Shown here: positions 9,080 through 18,400 of the stretch, piece by piece
Layout: every line of letters begins with the position of its first letter
Position numbering within the stretch: the first letter of the stretch is position 1
Virus record (IMG/VR): IMGVR_UViG_3300049048_000060
Span: 1 to 50,913 of that record
Direction: 5' to 3' (one strand)
DNA from: a virus
Lineage: Duplodnaviria; Caudoviricetes
Length of the DNA stretch: 50,913 nucleotides
Made by a program: the position numbers and the translations under genes
Notes under the pieces: model-generated
Seen by the model: only the letters and a program-made list of their open reading frames with translations
What the model was told of the DNA's origin: nothing
Databases searched by the model: none

Positions 9080-9514
9080 ATGAAGCTGTTACACAATCAA
9101 GTACGACAGGCCGAATTCTGTCGCCAAGTATTCGTCGCCGTACCAGAAGCCGGTGCCGATTTCAAGGATCTGATTAAGCCCGAAGCCTGGGCTCATGTCC
9201 ACCAGCAATTCCAGCGCGGCACCCGTATCGAAGTCATGCCAGAAGACGGCGCCTACTTCGCAGAGCTGTACGTGACTTCCGTCAGCCTCAACGCGGCACA
9301 CGTAGTCGTTCTCCGTAAGATCGATCTTGACAAGGTCAAGGAAAATAGTGTTGCTAAACAGTCGGCCTTCGAGTACGCTTACAAGGGTCCAGTGAAGCTT
9401 CACTGCGTTATTCGGAAGTCGGACAAGGAGATCGTCAAGGATTCCCTGCCGAGCAAGAAAGCCTGCCTCGATTGGATCGAGCAGAACGAGAAGGTCACCT
9501 CGCAAAAGGATTAA
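9080..9514 (+). CDS. Hypothetical protein
   Basis: 144-aa ORF with SD AGGAG. Confidence 0.7.
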   Translation: MKLLHNQVRQAEFCRQVFVAVPEAGADFKDLIKPEAWAHVHQQFQRGTRIEVMPEDGAYFAELYVTSVSLNAAHVVVLRKIDLDKVKENSVAKQSAFEYAYKGPVKLHCVIRKSDKEIVKDSLPSKKACLDWIEQNEKVTSQKD

Positions 9515-9517
9515 AAC

Positions 9518-10156
9518 ATGCCAACACAGCTTTCGCTTTATAACGGTGCTCTCCGCAAGATTAAAGAGCGGAAGCTGTCGTCCCTCACCGAGAACCAGGA
9601 ACGTCGTCGTCTTCTCGACGACGCCTGGGACGGCCACATCAAGGAGTGCCTGGAAGCAGCCATGTGGCGCTTCGCTCGTCGCACCGTGAAGCTGGTGCGC
9701 GACAGCGAGTACACGGCATCCTTCGGCCACACCTACCGATTCACAAAGCCCGACGACTTCATCCGCACCATCGGCGTGTGGTACGACGACCGCTGCCAGA
9801 TCCCGCTGCTGGACTACCTCGAGGACGGCGGGTACTACTACTCCGATCTGCAGGAACCGTATTTTGCTTACGTGTCCTACGACGAAGAGTACGGCCGGAA
9901 TATGTCTATCTGGCCGGAGAGCTTCACCGAATTTGTGGAATGGAAGCTCGCGTCCAAGATCGTAGGCCGGCTGGCAAACGCCACTGTCGACGAGGCTTTC
10001 GTCGAGAAGCAACTCGAGAACCACGAGCTCAAGGCCAAGAGCCTGTCGGCCATGGAAGGACCAAGCCAGCGACAACCGATGGGTGGCTGGTCTTCCGCAC
10101 GAGTCAACAACTTCGGTCGACGCGACCGCGGCAACCGAGGTAACTTGATTGGCTAA
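9518..10156 (+). CDS. Tail tubular protein A / adaptor
   Basis: N.AL..I...L, W.FA, Y.F.KPDDF and F...LA..I pattern of T7 gp11-like proteins. Position matches. Confidence 0.8.
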   Translation: MPTQLSLYNGALRKIKERKLSSLTENQERRRLLDDAWDGHIKECLEAAMWRFARRTVKLVRDSEYTASFGHTYRFTKPDDFIRTIGVWYDDRCQIPLLDYLEDGGYYYSDLQEPYFAYVSYDEEYGRNMSIWPESFTEFVEWKLASKIVGRLANATVDEAFVEKQLENHELKAKSLSAMEGPSQRQPMGGWSSARVNNFGRRDRGNRGNLIG

Positions 10157-12800
10157 AACTCAGACTGAATTTCTCACCTTCAACCGCGGGGTCGTTAGCG
10201 CCCTCGCACAGGCGCGTACGGACATCAAGCGCGTCAATATGTCCGCGAAGAGCCAGGTCAACTGGATCCCGCGGGTGCTTGGGCCGATGTCCATCCGGCC
10301 AGGACAGGCGTATCTCCTGGAGACGGAGAACAGCAACGTCGCCTTCCACATACCCTTCATCTTCTCGCTCGACGACACAGCGATCATCCAGCTCACAGAC
10401 CAGACCATGCGAGTCATCGTCGACGACGTCGCTATCACCCGTGTGTCGGTAGCGACCACAATCGCGAACGGTAACTTCGATTCGAATGTCAACAGTTGGA
10501 CGGACAACGACGAGTCCGGCTGTACGTCAGACTGGCTTACCGGCGGGTACATGCGACTTATAGGCAACGGCACGCTTGCCGCTATTCGAGATCAATCAGT
10601 CTCTGTCGCCGTCGGCGACCAAGCGAAGGTACACGCGATCCGTGTGGTCGTCGAACAAGGCGACCTGATCTTCCGAGTAGGGACTACGTCCGGCGGAGAC
10701 GAGCTGGTGACGGAGACTGTCCTTCGCAAGGGCACCCATTCTCTGACCTTTACCCCAGGAACGGGCACGATCTACGTGCGGCTGATGTCACGAACCACCT
10801 ACAACACGCTCGTCGATTCCGTCAACATCGAGTCGTCCGGTGCGCTAGAGTTGCCTACCCCGTGGACGGAAGCCGAGCTTCCGAATGTTCGCTTCGAACA
10901 ATCCGGAGACGTGATCTGGGTGGCTTGCGGCCCAAACATCCGGCAGATGCGGATCGAGCGAAGAAGCGCGACCTCGTGGTCGGTTGTTGACTACCTGGCC
11001 AACCTCGGCCCTTTCCGTCCTCTGAACCTGACACCGGTCACGATCACTCCTAGCGGGCTGACAGGGAACATCACCCTGTCCTCGTCCGCCGCGTTCTTCA
11101 AGACAACAAACGTCGGCGGGCTTATCGCGATCAACTCCCTTGGTCAAACAGTTACCGCGAGCATCACCGCGCAGAACACGTTCACGTCCGAGATCCGAGT
11201 AACCGGCATCGGTGAAGGCCGACGCTTCGGGCTTACGATCACAGGACTCACCGGAACAGGAAGCTCGGTAACTCTGCAGCGATCGGTAGGCGCCCCAGGC
11301 GCCTGGGTCGATGTGATCTCCTACACGACCAACCAAACAACGACGTATCTGGACGCTCTCGACAACCAGATCATCTACTACCGTATCGGGGTAGCAACGG
11401 GTGACTACTCGTCCGGGACCATCGTGCCGACACTGGCGTACACCGCCGGTAGTATCAAGGGCATCGCCCGGATCACCGCCTTCACGAGCGCGACCGTCGT
11501 GTCAGCTATTGTGCTGAAAGACTTCGGTGCTACCACCGCCAGCCCAGACTGGGCCGAGGGCTCGTGGTCCGCGAGACGAGGATACCCGTCCGCGGTAGCG
11601 CTGCATGAAGGCCGCCTGTGGTGGGCCGGCTTCGACAAGATCGACGGGTCTGTCTCGGATGACTTTGCGAACTACTCGGACGAGGTCGAAGGAGATGCGG
11701 CACCTATCTCCCGAAGCATTGGTACCGGACCGGTGGAGACGATCAACTGGCTCCTGCCGGCACAGCTCCTGATTATGGGCGGCCAAGGCTCCGAGTTCAT
11801 CTGCCGGTCATCAACCCTCGGCGAACCTTTGACCCCTCTCAACTTCAACATCAAGGAAGCCACCACCCGCGGCTCCTTGCGAGTTGCCGCCGTTAAGGTG
11901 GACTCAAGCGCGGTCTTCGTTGACCGCTCCGGATCTCGCGTGTACGAGATGGAATACGACTCCGTCTCCAACAACTACGCGCCTATCGATCTCACGAGTA
12001 TTGTTCCAGAGATAGCCGCCGCAGGGGTACGACGCATCGGCGTCCAACGTCGTCCGGACACGAGATTCCATCTTGTACTTGACGACGGCACGGTAGCCTT
12101 GTTGGTGTTCGACAAGGCCGAAGACGTACGGGCATGGGTGACCTTGGAGACGGAAGGCGACTACGAGGACGTTATCGTTATGCCAGGAACTTTAGAGGAC
12201 CAGGTCTACTACTGCGTACGGAGAACGATCCAGGGGTCAAATAGGCGGTATCTGGAGCGCGTCGCGCTGCAGTCAGAGTGCGAAGGCGGAGCCGTCAACA
12301 AGCTGGCTGACTCGTTCATCCTGTACTCTGGAGCAGTCACCACTACGCTTACCGGGCTGACTCACCTGATACAGAAGGAAGTGGTCGTGTGGGGGGATGG
12401 CGTCGACCTGGGCACGTTCACGGTCGACACTAACGGGGAAATTGTGGTACCAACCGGCGTTGCCAATGCCGTCATCGGGTTGTCGTACAACGCGGACTAC
12501 GAAAGCTCCAAGCTCGGCGCGATCGGACAACGCCGCAACATCCAACGAATCGCGCTTGCGCTCTACAAGACTCACTACAAGGGCCTGAAGTACGGCACGT
12601 CTTTCGACACGCTAGACGATATGCCGGACGTGGAGCAGTGGGAGACGACCGAAGTGGACACGATCTGGGACGAGTACGATAACGACTCGACAGAGTTGAA
12701 CGGGTCGTGGGAGAACGACGCCAGGCTGTGCTTGCGAGCTACCGCTCCGAAACCATGTACCGTCCTCGGCGCCAGGGTAATAATGGACCAGAATGGTTAA
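10149..12800 (+). CDS. Tail tubular protein B / nozzle
   Basis: 883 aa with N-terminal F..G..S, GYPSAVALHEGRLW and C-terminal PCTVL, as in T7 gp12/P22 gp10-like nozzles. Confidence 0.85.
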   Translation: MAKTQTEFLTFNRGVVSALAQARTDIKRVNMSAKSQVNWIPRVLGPMSIRPGQAYLLETENSNVAFHIPFIFSLDDTAIIQLTDQTMRVIVDDVAITRVSVATTIANGNFDSNVNSWTDNDESGCTSDWLTGGYMRLIGNGTLAAIRDQSVSVAVGDQAKVHAIRVVVEQGDLIFRVGTTSGGDELVTETVLRKGTHSLTFTPGTGTIYVRLMSRTTYNTLVDSVNIESSGALELPTPWTEAELPNVRFEQSGDVIWVACGPNIRQMRIERRSATSWSVVDYLANLGPFRPLNLTPVTITPSGLTGNITLSSSAAFFKTTNVGGLIAINSLGQTVTASITAQNTFTSEIRVTGIGEGRRFGLTITGLTGTGSSVTLQRSVGAPGAWVDVISYTTNQTTTYLDALDNQIIYYRIGVATGDYSSGTIVPTLAYTAGSIKGIARITAFTSATVVSAIVLKDFGATTASPDWAEGSWSARRGYPSAVALHEGRLWWAGFDKIDGSVSDDFANYSDEVEGDAAPISRSIGTGPVETINWLLPAQLLIMGGQGSEFICRSSTLGEPLTPLNFNIKEATTRGSLRVAAVKVDSSAVFVDRSGSRVYEMEYDSVSNNYAPIDLTSIVPEIAAAGVRRIGVQRRPDTRFHLVLDDGTVALLVFDKAEDVRAWVTLETEGDYEDVIVMPGTLEDQVYYCVRRTIQGSNRRYLERVALQSECEGGAVNKLADSFILYSGAVTTTLTGLTHLIQKEVVVWGDGVDLGTFTVDTNGEIVVPTGVANAVIGLSYNADYESSKLGAIGQRRNIQRIALALYKTHYKGLKYGTSFDTLDDMPDVEQWETTEVDTIWDEYDNDSTELNGSWENDARLCLRATAPKPCTVLGARVIMDQNG

Positions 12801-13158
12801 GATAGAGAAGGCGACGGCCGAACACGTGAAAAAGTATTTCAACGGTAAGCTACCCGCTTTTAGCCTACGCGGGGTTGCCGCTGTCGATGGCGAACGAGTG
12901 TTGGGCATAGGCGGGATCTACCGGGCAGGTCACCAGTTCATGTTGTTCATAGACATGGACGAAGAAATGAAGAAGCACAAGAGGGCACTAATCGAGGCCT
13001 CACGACTGGTGTTACACGAAATAAACAGGTACACTATGGTAACCGCGATTGTTAATCCGGAAGACACGAAGGCCGTCGCCTTCGCAGAGCGTTTCGGGTT
13101 CGTGGACTCAGAGACGACAACCGAATACGGAAAGGTAATGGTGCGATGGAGCAGATAG
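12793..13158 (+). CDS. GNAT-fold protein (T7 gp13-like internal virion protein A position)
   Basis: V...N..A..F..RFGF acetyltransferase-like motif. Follows the nozzle gene. Confidence 0.6.
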   Translation: MVKIEKATAEHVKKYFNGKLPAFSLRGVAAVDGERVLGIGGIYRAGHQFMLFIDMDEEMKKHKRALIEASRLVLHEINRYTMVTAIVNPEDTKAVAFAERFGFVDSETTTEYGKVMVRWSR

Positions 13159-13697
13159 CAAATTACGCGCCCATGGTAGCGCAAGGCGTCGGAACCTTCC
13201 TCTCCTATAAAGGCGAGAAGCAGATCGGCAAGGCGCAAGCGGACCTCGCTAATTTCGAGGCCGCCCAGCTCGACCAAAACGCAGGCCAAGTACAGGCGGC
13301 AGGGCAACGCGCCGCCGAAGAAGAACGCCGCAAGACCACGCTCCTGTTGTCAAGAGCACAAGCCGTGGCCGCCGCATCTGGAGCTGGAACACTCGACCCT
13401 TCAGTCTTGAAGGTCATCGCTGGTGTCGCCGGAGAGGGCGCGCTGAACGCGGCAACCACCCAATACAACTACGACGAACAGGCCCGAGGTATGCGGAACG
13501 AGGGCAAGGGCCGCCGCTACTCCGGGCAGCTCGCAAAGGCTGCCAGCCGGATTCGAGCAAACACCACCGCCCTATCCGGCGCCGCGTCGATGCTTTCGAA
13601 GTGGGGTCCGACATGGGAAGAAGAGAAGAAAGCCCAGGGCTTCACCGGCTACGACTACGGCTCGTCCAAGGCCCCATCGGAGTTCTACAATGGTTAA
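13146..13697 (+). CDS. Internal virion (ejection) protein, T7 gp14-like
   Basis: Ala/Gln/Gly-rich, with the A..AASG.....S motif. Confidence 0.7.
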   Translation: MEQIANYAPMVAQGVGTFLSYKGEKQIGKAQADLANFEAAQLDQNAGQVQAAGQRAAEEERRKTTLLLSRAQAVAAASGAGTLDPSVLKVIAGVAGEGALNAATTQYNYDEQARGMRNEGKGRRYSGQLAKAASRIRANTTALSGAASMLSKWGPTWEEEKKAQGFTGYDYGSSKAPSEFYNG

Positions 13698-15432
13698 GTT
13701 AGTTGACCCGCTACAGCTAGACCGCGTTCAAGCACAACCTTCTACCAGAGTCGTTTCGCCTGAAGGTGTTGGCCGCGCGGAGCAGGCTCTGTCACAGATG
13801 GGCGACACCATCCAGACCCTCGCGATAAACGAGCAGAAGCGCATCGATGACGTCCGTCTTACGGAAGCGGAAACCCAGCTCATGCAGGCGGAGACAGAAC
13901 TCGAAGCCGACTACCGCACCAAGAAGAACGGCGACGTTCTGCAGCAAGGGTTCCACCAAGGGTACCAGGAAAAGTATCAGCAGGCCGCCAACGCTATCGG
14001 CGAGAAGCTCGTCACGCCTGGGCAGAAGCAACAGTTCCAGATGCTCACCAACCGTCGCCGTGCGGGGTACGACGCGAAGCGTGTTACCTACGCCATGGGA
14101 GAGACCGAGAGGTACGAGAGCGCGGTATTCAATAGCCGCATCGATCTCCTGACAAAGAAGGGCGCCGACAGCTACAAGGACCCTTCCGCGCTTGCTACCG
14201 CAGCCCTGGAGCTGGAAGACTCGTACGTGAAGGAAATGACTCGCAAGGGGCTCAAGGACCCTGCTATCCTGACGGCCGAATTGAGTAAGGTACGAGGCGC
14301 CTTCTGGGGTAACGTGCTTGACCGCGCGATCACCGACGAGGATTACTCGGCCGCGAACATGCTATTCGCTACGGCAGGATCTCAACTACCGGACGACAAG
14401 CGCCGTGAGATCGGTACCCGCCTGAACATCGCGAACGAAATGGTTAAAGGCACCACGATCGCGGAGACCGCTCTCGGGATGCAGAAGGCCGGCTCCAGTG
14501 CACAGGACATCGAGCTTTTCATCGCCAAGGAAGCAGGCTCGAACAAGGGCGTCTACAACGCCGCACAGACGGTACTGACGAACATCAAGCAGGCCGAGCA
14601 CACGCAGCGACAAGAGGCTGAAGGAACGATGCTATTGGATTTCCAGAAAGGCGGCGCCACCTTCGCGGCAATGAAGAAGGTCACCACTTCCGCGTCTTTC
14701 GCGCAACTCGACGCAGGTGCCCAGGCGAAGCTCATGGACACCATGCTATCCGACGCTCGTCAGACACAGACCTACAACCTACGGATGGCAGCCGAGGCGA
14801 AGGAAGCCGAACGGGCGAAGTTCGACACGCTTGAAACTTTCAGCAGGTACCAGGAAGTGCTTGACAGCCCAGAGTTCCCGAAGATGACACAGGCCCAACT
14901 GATGTCGTACCGGTCTACGCTCGGCCCTCAACTGACCTCGTCTTTGCTGAAGACACAGAAGGAAGTCGTATCCGGCGCCGCCAAGTTCCAGATCGACAAG
15001 GACATTCTCAACATGGCCATGCCGGAAGACGCGCTCAAAACTGGCAACAAAGACAAGCAGTATGCGTTCCGCGGTATCGTGGAACAGGAGCTGCAGAATT
15101 GGAAGGCCGCCAACCCAGGGAAGGTTCCTTCGATGCAGGAGCAGATGGCTATAGCCAGATCCGGCCTCAAGGAGTATAATATCAAGGGTGTCGTATTTGA
15201 TTCTACGAAGAAAGCCTACGAGCTGACGGACAAGGATCGAGCGAAGATCGCAGACCAAGCGAAGGCGGACGCAGCCAAGGCCCGCAAGGAAGCCGCTGAC
15301 CGCGCCAAGTTTGAGCGCGAGATTCAGGCAGAAGCCAGAAAGAACGGCGGACCCCTGACTCCGAAGCAGATCGAAGAAGCATGGAAGTTGAAGAACACAA
15401 CCCCTTCAGGAGCCGTACCTAGTCTCCTGTAA
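13690..15432 (+). CDS. Internal virion (ejection) protein, gp15-like position
   Basis: 580-aa helical protein between the gp14-like gene and the giant gene. Confidence 0.65.
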   Translation: MVKLVDPLQLDRVQAQPSTRVVSPEGVGRAEQALSQMGDTIQTLAINEQKRIDDVRLTEAETQLMQAETELEADYRTKKNGDVLQQGFHQGYQEKYQQAANAIGEKLVTPGQKQQFQMLTNRRRAGYDAKRVTYAMGETERYESAVFNSRIDLLTKKGADSYKDPSALATAALELEDSYVKEMTRKGLKDPAILTAELSKVRGAFWGNVLDRAITDEDYSAANMLFATAGSQLPDDKRREIGTRLNIANEMVKGTTIAETALGMQKAGSSAQDIELFIAKEAGSNKGVYNAAQTVLTNIKQAEHTQRQEAEGTMLLDFQKGGATFAAMKKVTTSASFAQLDAGAQAKLMDTMLSDARQTQTYNLRMAAEAKEAERAKFDTLETFSRYQEVLDSPEFPKMTQAQLMSYRSTLGPQLTSSLLKTQKEVVSGAAKFQIDKDILNMAMPEDALKTGNKDKQYAFRGIVEQELQNWKAANPGKVPSMQEQMAIARSGLKEYNIKGVVFDSTKKAYELTDKDRAKIADQAKADAAKARKEAADRAKFEREIQAEARKNGGPLTPKQIEEAWKLKNTTPSGAVPSLL

Positions 15433-15446
15433 CACCGAGGACCAGT

Positions 15447-18400
15447 ATGGCCAACCAGCATAAAGACCTGATCGCCCGCGTAGCGGAGTCTGCAGAACCA
15501 CAAGAAATTGATTACGGCAGTCTGATCTCCCAGGTCCGACCTACTGACAAGGTCAAGGAGTCCGTACTCACGGCCTCTTCCAAGAACCCAGACGAGGAAG
15601 CGCAAAAGCGCAAGCTCGCACCCCAGCTCGGCATCCCCGCTGGGCTGATAGATAACGTGAAGGACGCCCAGCGCGAAGTAGATCAGCAAGCCTACGACCC
15701 GCGCCGCCTGGTCGTCGAATCTCCAAAGACCGCTGACTATATCTCGAATCCGGACAAGCTGTCTTCTATGGGCCTTGACTCCGTCCAAGGGATGACGCAG
15801 CTCGAGCGTGTTATCTCCCAGGCAAAGATCGACAACGACACCAGCAGGTACGCGCCGAACCGTCCGAAGACGATCGTTGGCGCCGTACAGAACGCCTTCG
15901 GCCGAGCAGCAGGGCAGGCAGAGGCCTTGTTCTACGGCGGCATGGGCTTTGCTGCAGACGTACAAGGGCGCGACGACATCGCCCTGAATCTTCTTCGCCG
16001 CTACACCGCCACACAAGAGAAGACCGCCAAGGCCTACCCCGCAGCGGTACCTAGTTTCAAGGACATCAATTCCTGGGCTGACGTCCCTACCTACTTGCTG
16101 GAAGGCATCATCGAGAACGGCGGCTTCCTGGCAATGTCCATGGGCACCGGCCTTATCGGCAAGAAGACGGCCGAGATGGGCGTCAAACGCTTTGCAGACA
16201 CAGCCCTGACGGAAGCCGCGAAGCGTGAAGCCGTCAAGCGCGCTGGCGTCATCGGCGCCGCCGCTGGTTCCGGCACCGGATCTGTCGGGATGCAAACCGG
16301 CATGATCTACGGGGACGTGTTCGCCGAGACCGGGGAGCAGCGTCCTGGGGTGGCAGCGGCCTTCGGTCTTGCTACTGGTGCTCTGGATGCGTTCTCCGCC
16401 TTTAAAGGCGTACAGCAACTGTTCGGCAAGGAGATCGCCGAGCGGGTGGCCCAGACCGCAGTCCAACGCTACGGCGTCGAGGGCGCGAAGGCCATGTTCC
16501 GCGAAGGCTCCACGGAGTACATGCAAACCTGGCTCGAGAAGGGCGCTGTGTCCTTCGTCGACGGTAGGCCTTTGTTGAACGAAGAGAACCTGATCGAGAG
16601 CATGGACGCCTTCTTCAAGGGGGGCGCAGCCGGTGGTGCTATCCAGCAAGCCGGACAAGTGGCTGTCCACATCGCTGACCGCGTCACCGGTAAGCTCGAA
16701 ACCGCACGCGCGGAAAGCCGCGCTACCGAATCCCAGGAACGGGCAATGAAAGCCTGGGGCAACCTTATCATCAAGAGCGAGAAGCAAGAAGCCGACGCAA
16801 ACATCGTTACCGGCGCCGTAGACGCGCTAACGGAACTGAACGATACCGTTGCGAACCTGCCAGCCCGTTCGCGCGTTCCTGACCTTTTCCAAGAGTTTGT
16901 TGAGACTATGGTCGAGGACAGCAACCTGACCGACCTGTACGTGAACAGCACCACGGTCATGTCCGCAATCGAGACCGCTGGCCTGACGCCTGCCATGCTG
17001 CAGGAACAGGCACCGGTTCTGGCCGCACAACTTCAAGAAGCCCAGGACATCGGGACCGATGTCCGTATCCCGGTACAAGAATACCTTGCCGTCTTCCCTG
17101 GATCTGGCTCTGAACAAACGCTCCTGCAGGAAGCACGGGTAGAACCAGAAGGCCCAACCTACAAGGAAGCGGGCGAGTTCTACCAGAAGATGGGAGAGAC
17201 CTTCCAGCAAGAGATCGACACCGTCGAGCGCGAGACCCGTCCGGTCTTGACGCGCCAAGACTTCCAGCAAGCGAAAACCGCTGGCGACGTGACAGACCCG
17301 CTTGTCGGTGAAGCACAGTCGTACGAGCAGTACCTCGAGAAGCACGACAACCGCGAAGCGGTGAAGCAGGCCAACCGTGACGAGATCGAACAGACCCTGA
17401 TGGGCCAGATCCGTAACGTGACACGTTACACCGCTCCGGTACAACGAAGCATGATTACGCCTGTCATTTCGTTCTACGAGACCCAGGCCGCTAACCTCGG
17501 CATCTCCCCGATGGAGCTGTACCGTCGCTTCCCGCTTCGTATCTCTGATGCAATCGAGAACGCGATGCGTAGCCTGACCCAGATCATCACGCCGCTGAAG
17601 GGCGCTCCAGGGATCGTTACCCCGAACCCTGTGGCTCGTCGCCTGGCTGACAACTTCCGTGAAGACAATCGCGTAGCCGCTGATCCGGTACGCGACTACG
17701 CCGAAGTGAACGAGTCCCGCGCCAAGCGTATTGCTGCAGCATACGAGGACATGGAGCACGCGCCGAACGACCCGAAGGTCAAGGCTGCGTACGACGCGCT
17801 GATCTCCGAGACGGCCGCGCAGTACGAAGCCCTGCTCTCGACCGGTATCCGCGTCGAGTTCATCCCGGAAGGCGCAGAAGATCCGTATGCCGCGAGCCCA
17901 CGCATGGCGATCGACGACGTCAAGAACAACAACCATCTATGGGTATTCCCTACCACTGCCGGCTTCGGAAGCGGCGAGCAGTACGCGGGCAACCCGTTGC
18001 TGGCGAAGACCAAGTACGTCGACGCGAACGGCGTACCGATGCTCGCGAACGACGTCTTCCGTGTCGTGCATGATTACTTCGGCCACATCGCTGAAGGCGT
18101 CGGATTCCGTGCAGCGGGCGAGGAGAACGCATGGCGCCAGCACTCGTCTATGTTCTCGCCATTGGCCCGACGAGCACTGACGACCGAGACCCGTGGCCAA
18201 AACTCCTGGGTCAATTACGGCCCCTACGGCGAACGCAACCGTACCGCCAAGGGCAACGACACCACGTACGCAGACCAGAAGACCGGCCTCTTGCCGGACT
18301 GGGTTGTGTTCGAAGGTAGCGGCCAGGCTTGGATCGAGGACTTCCGTCCGGACAACATCCAGGAGATTCTGCAGAAGGATCACTGGGCTATACTGACGGC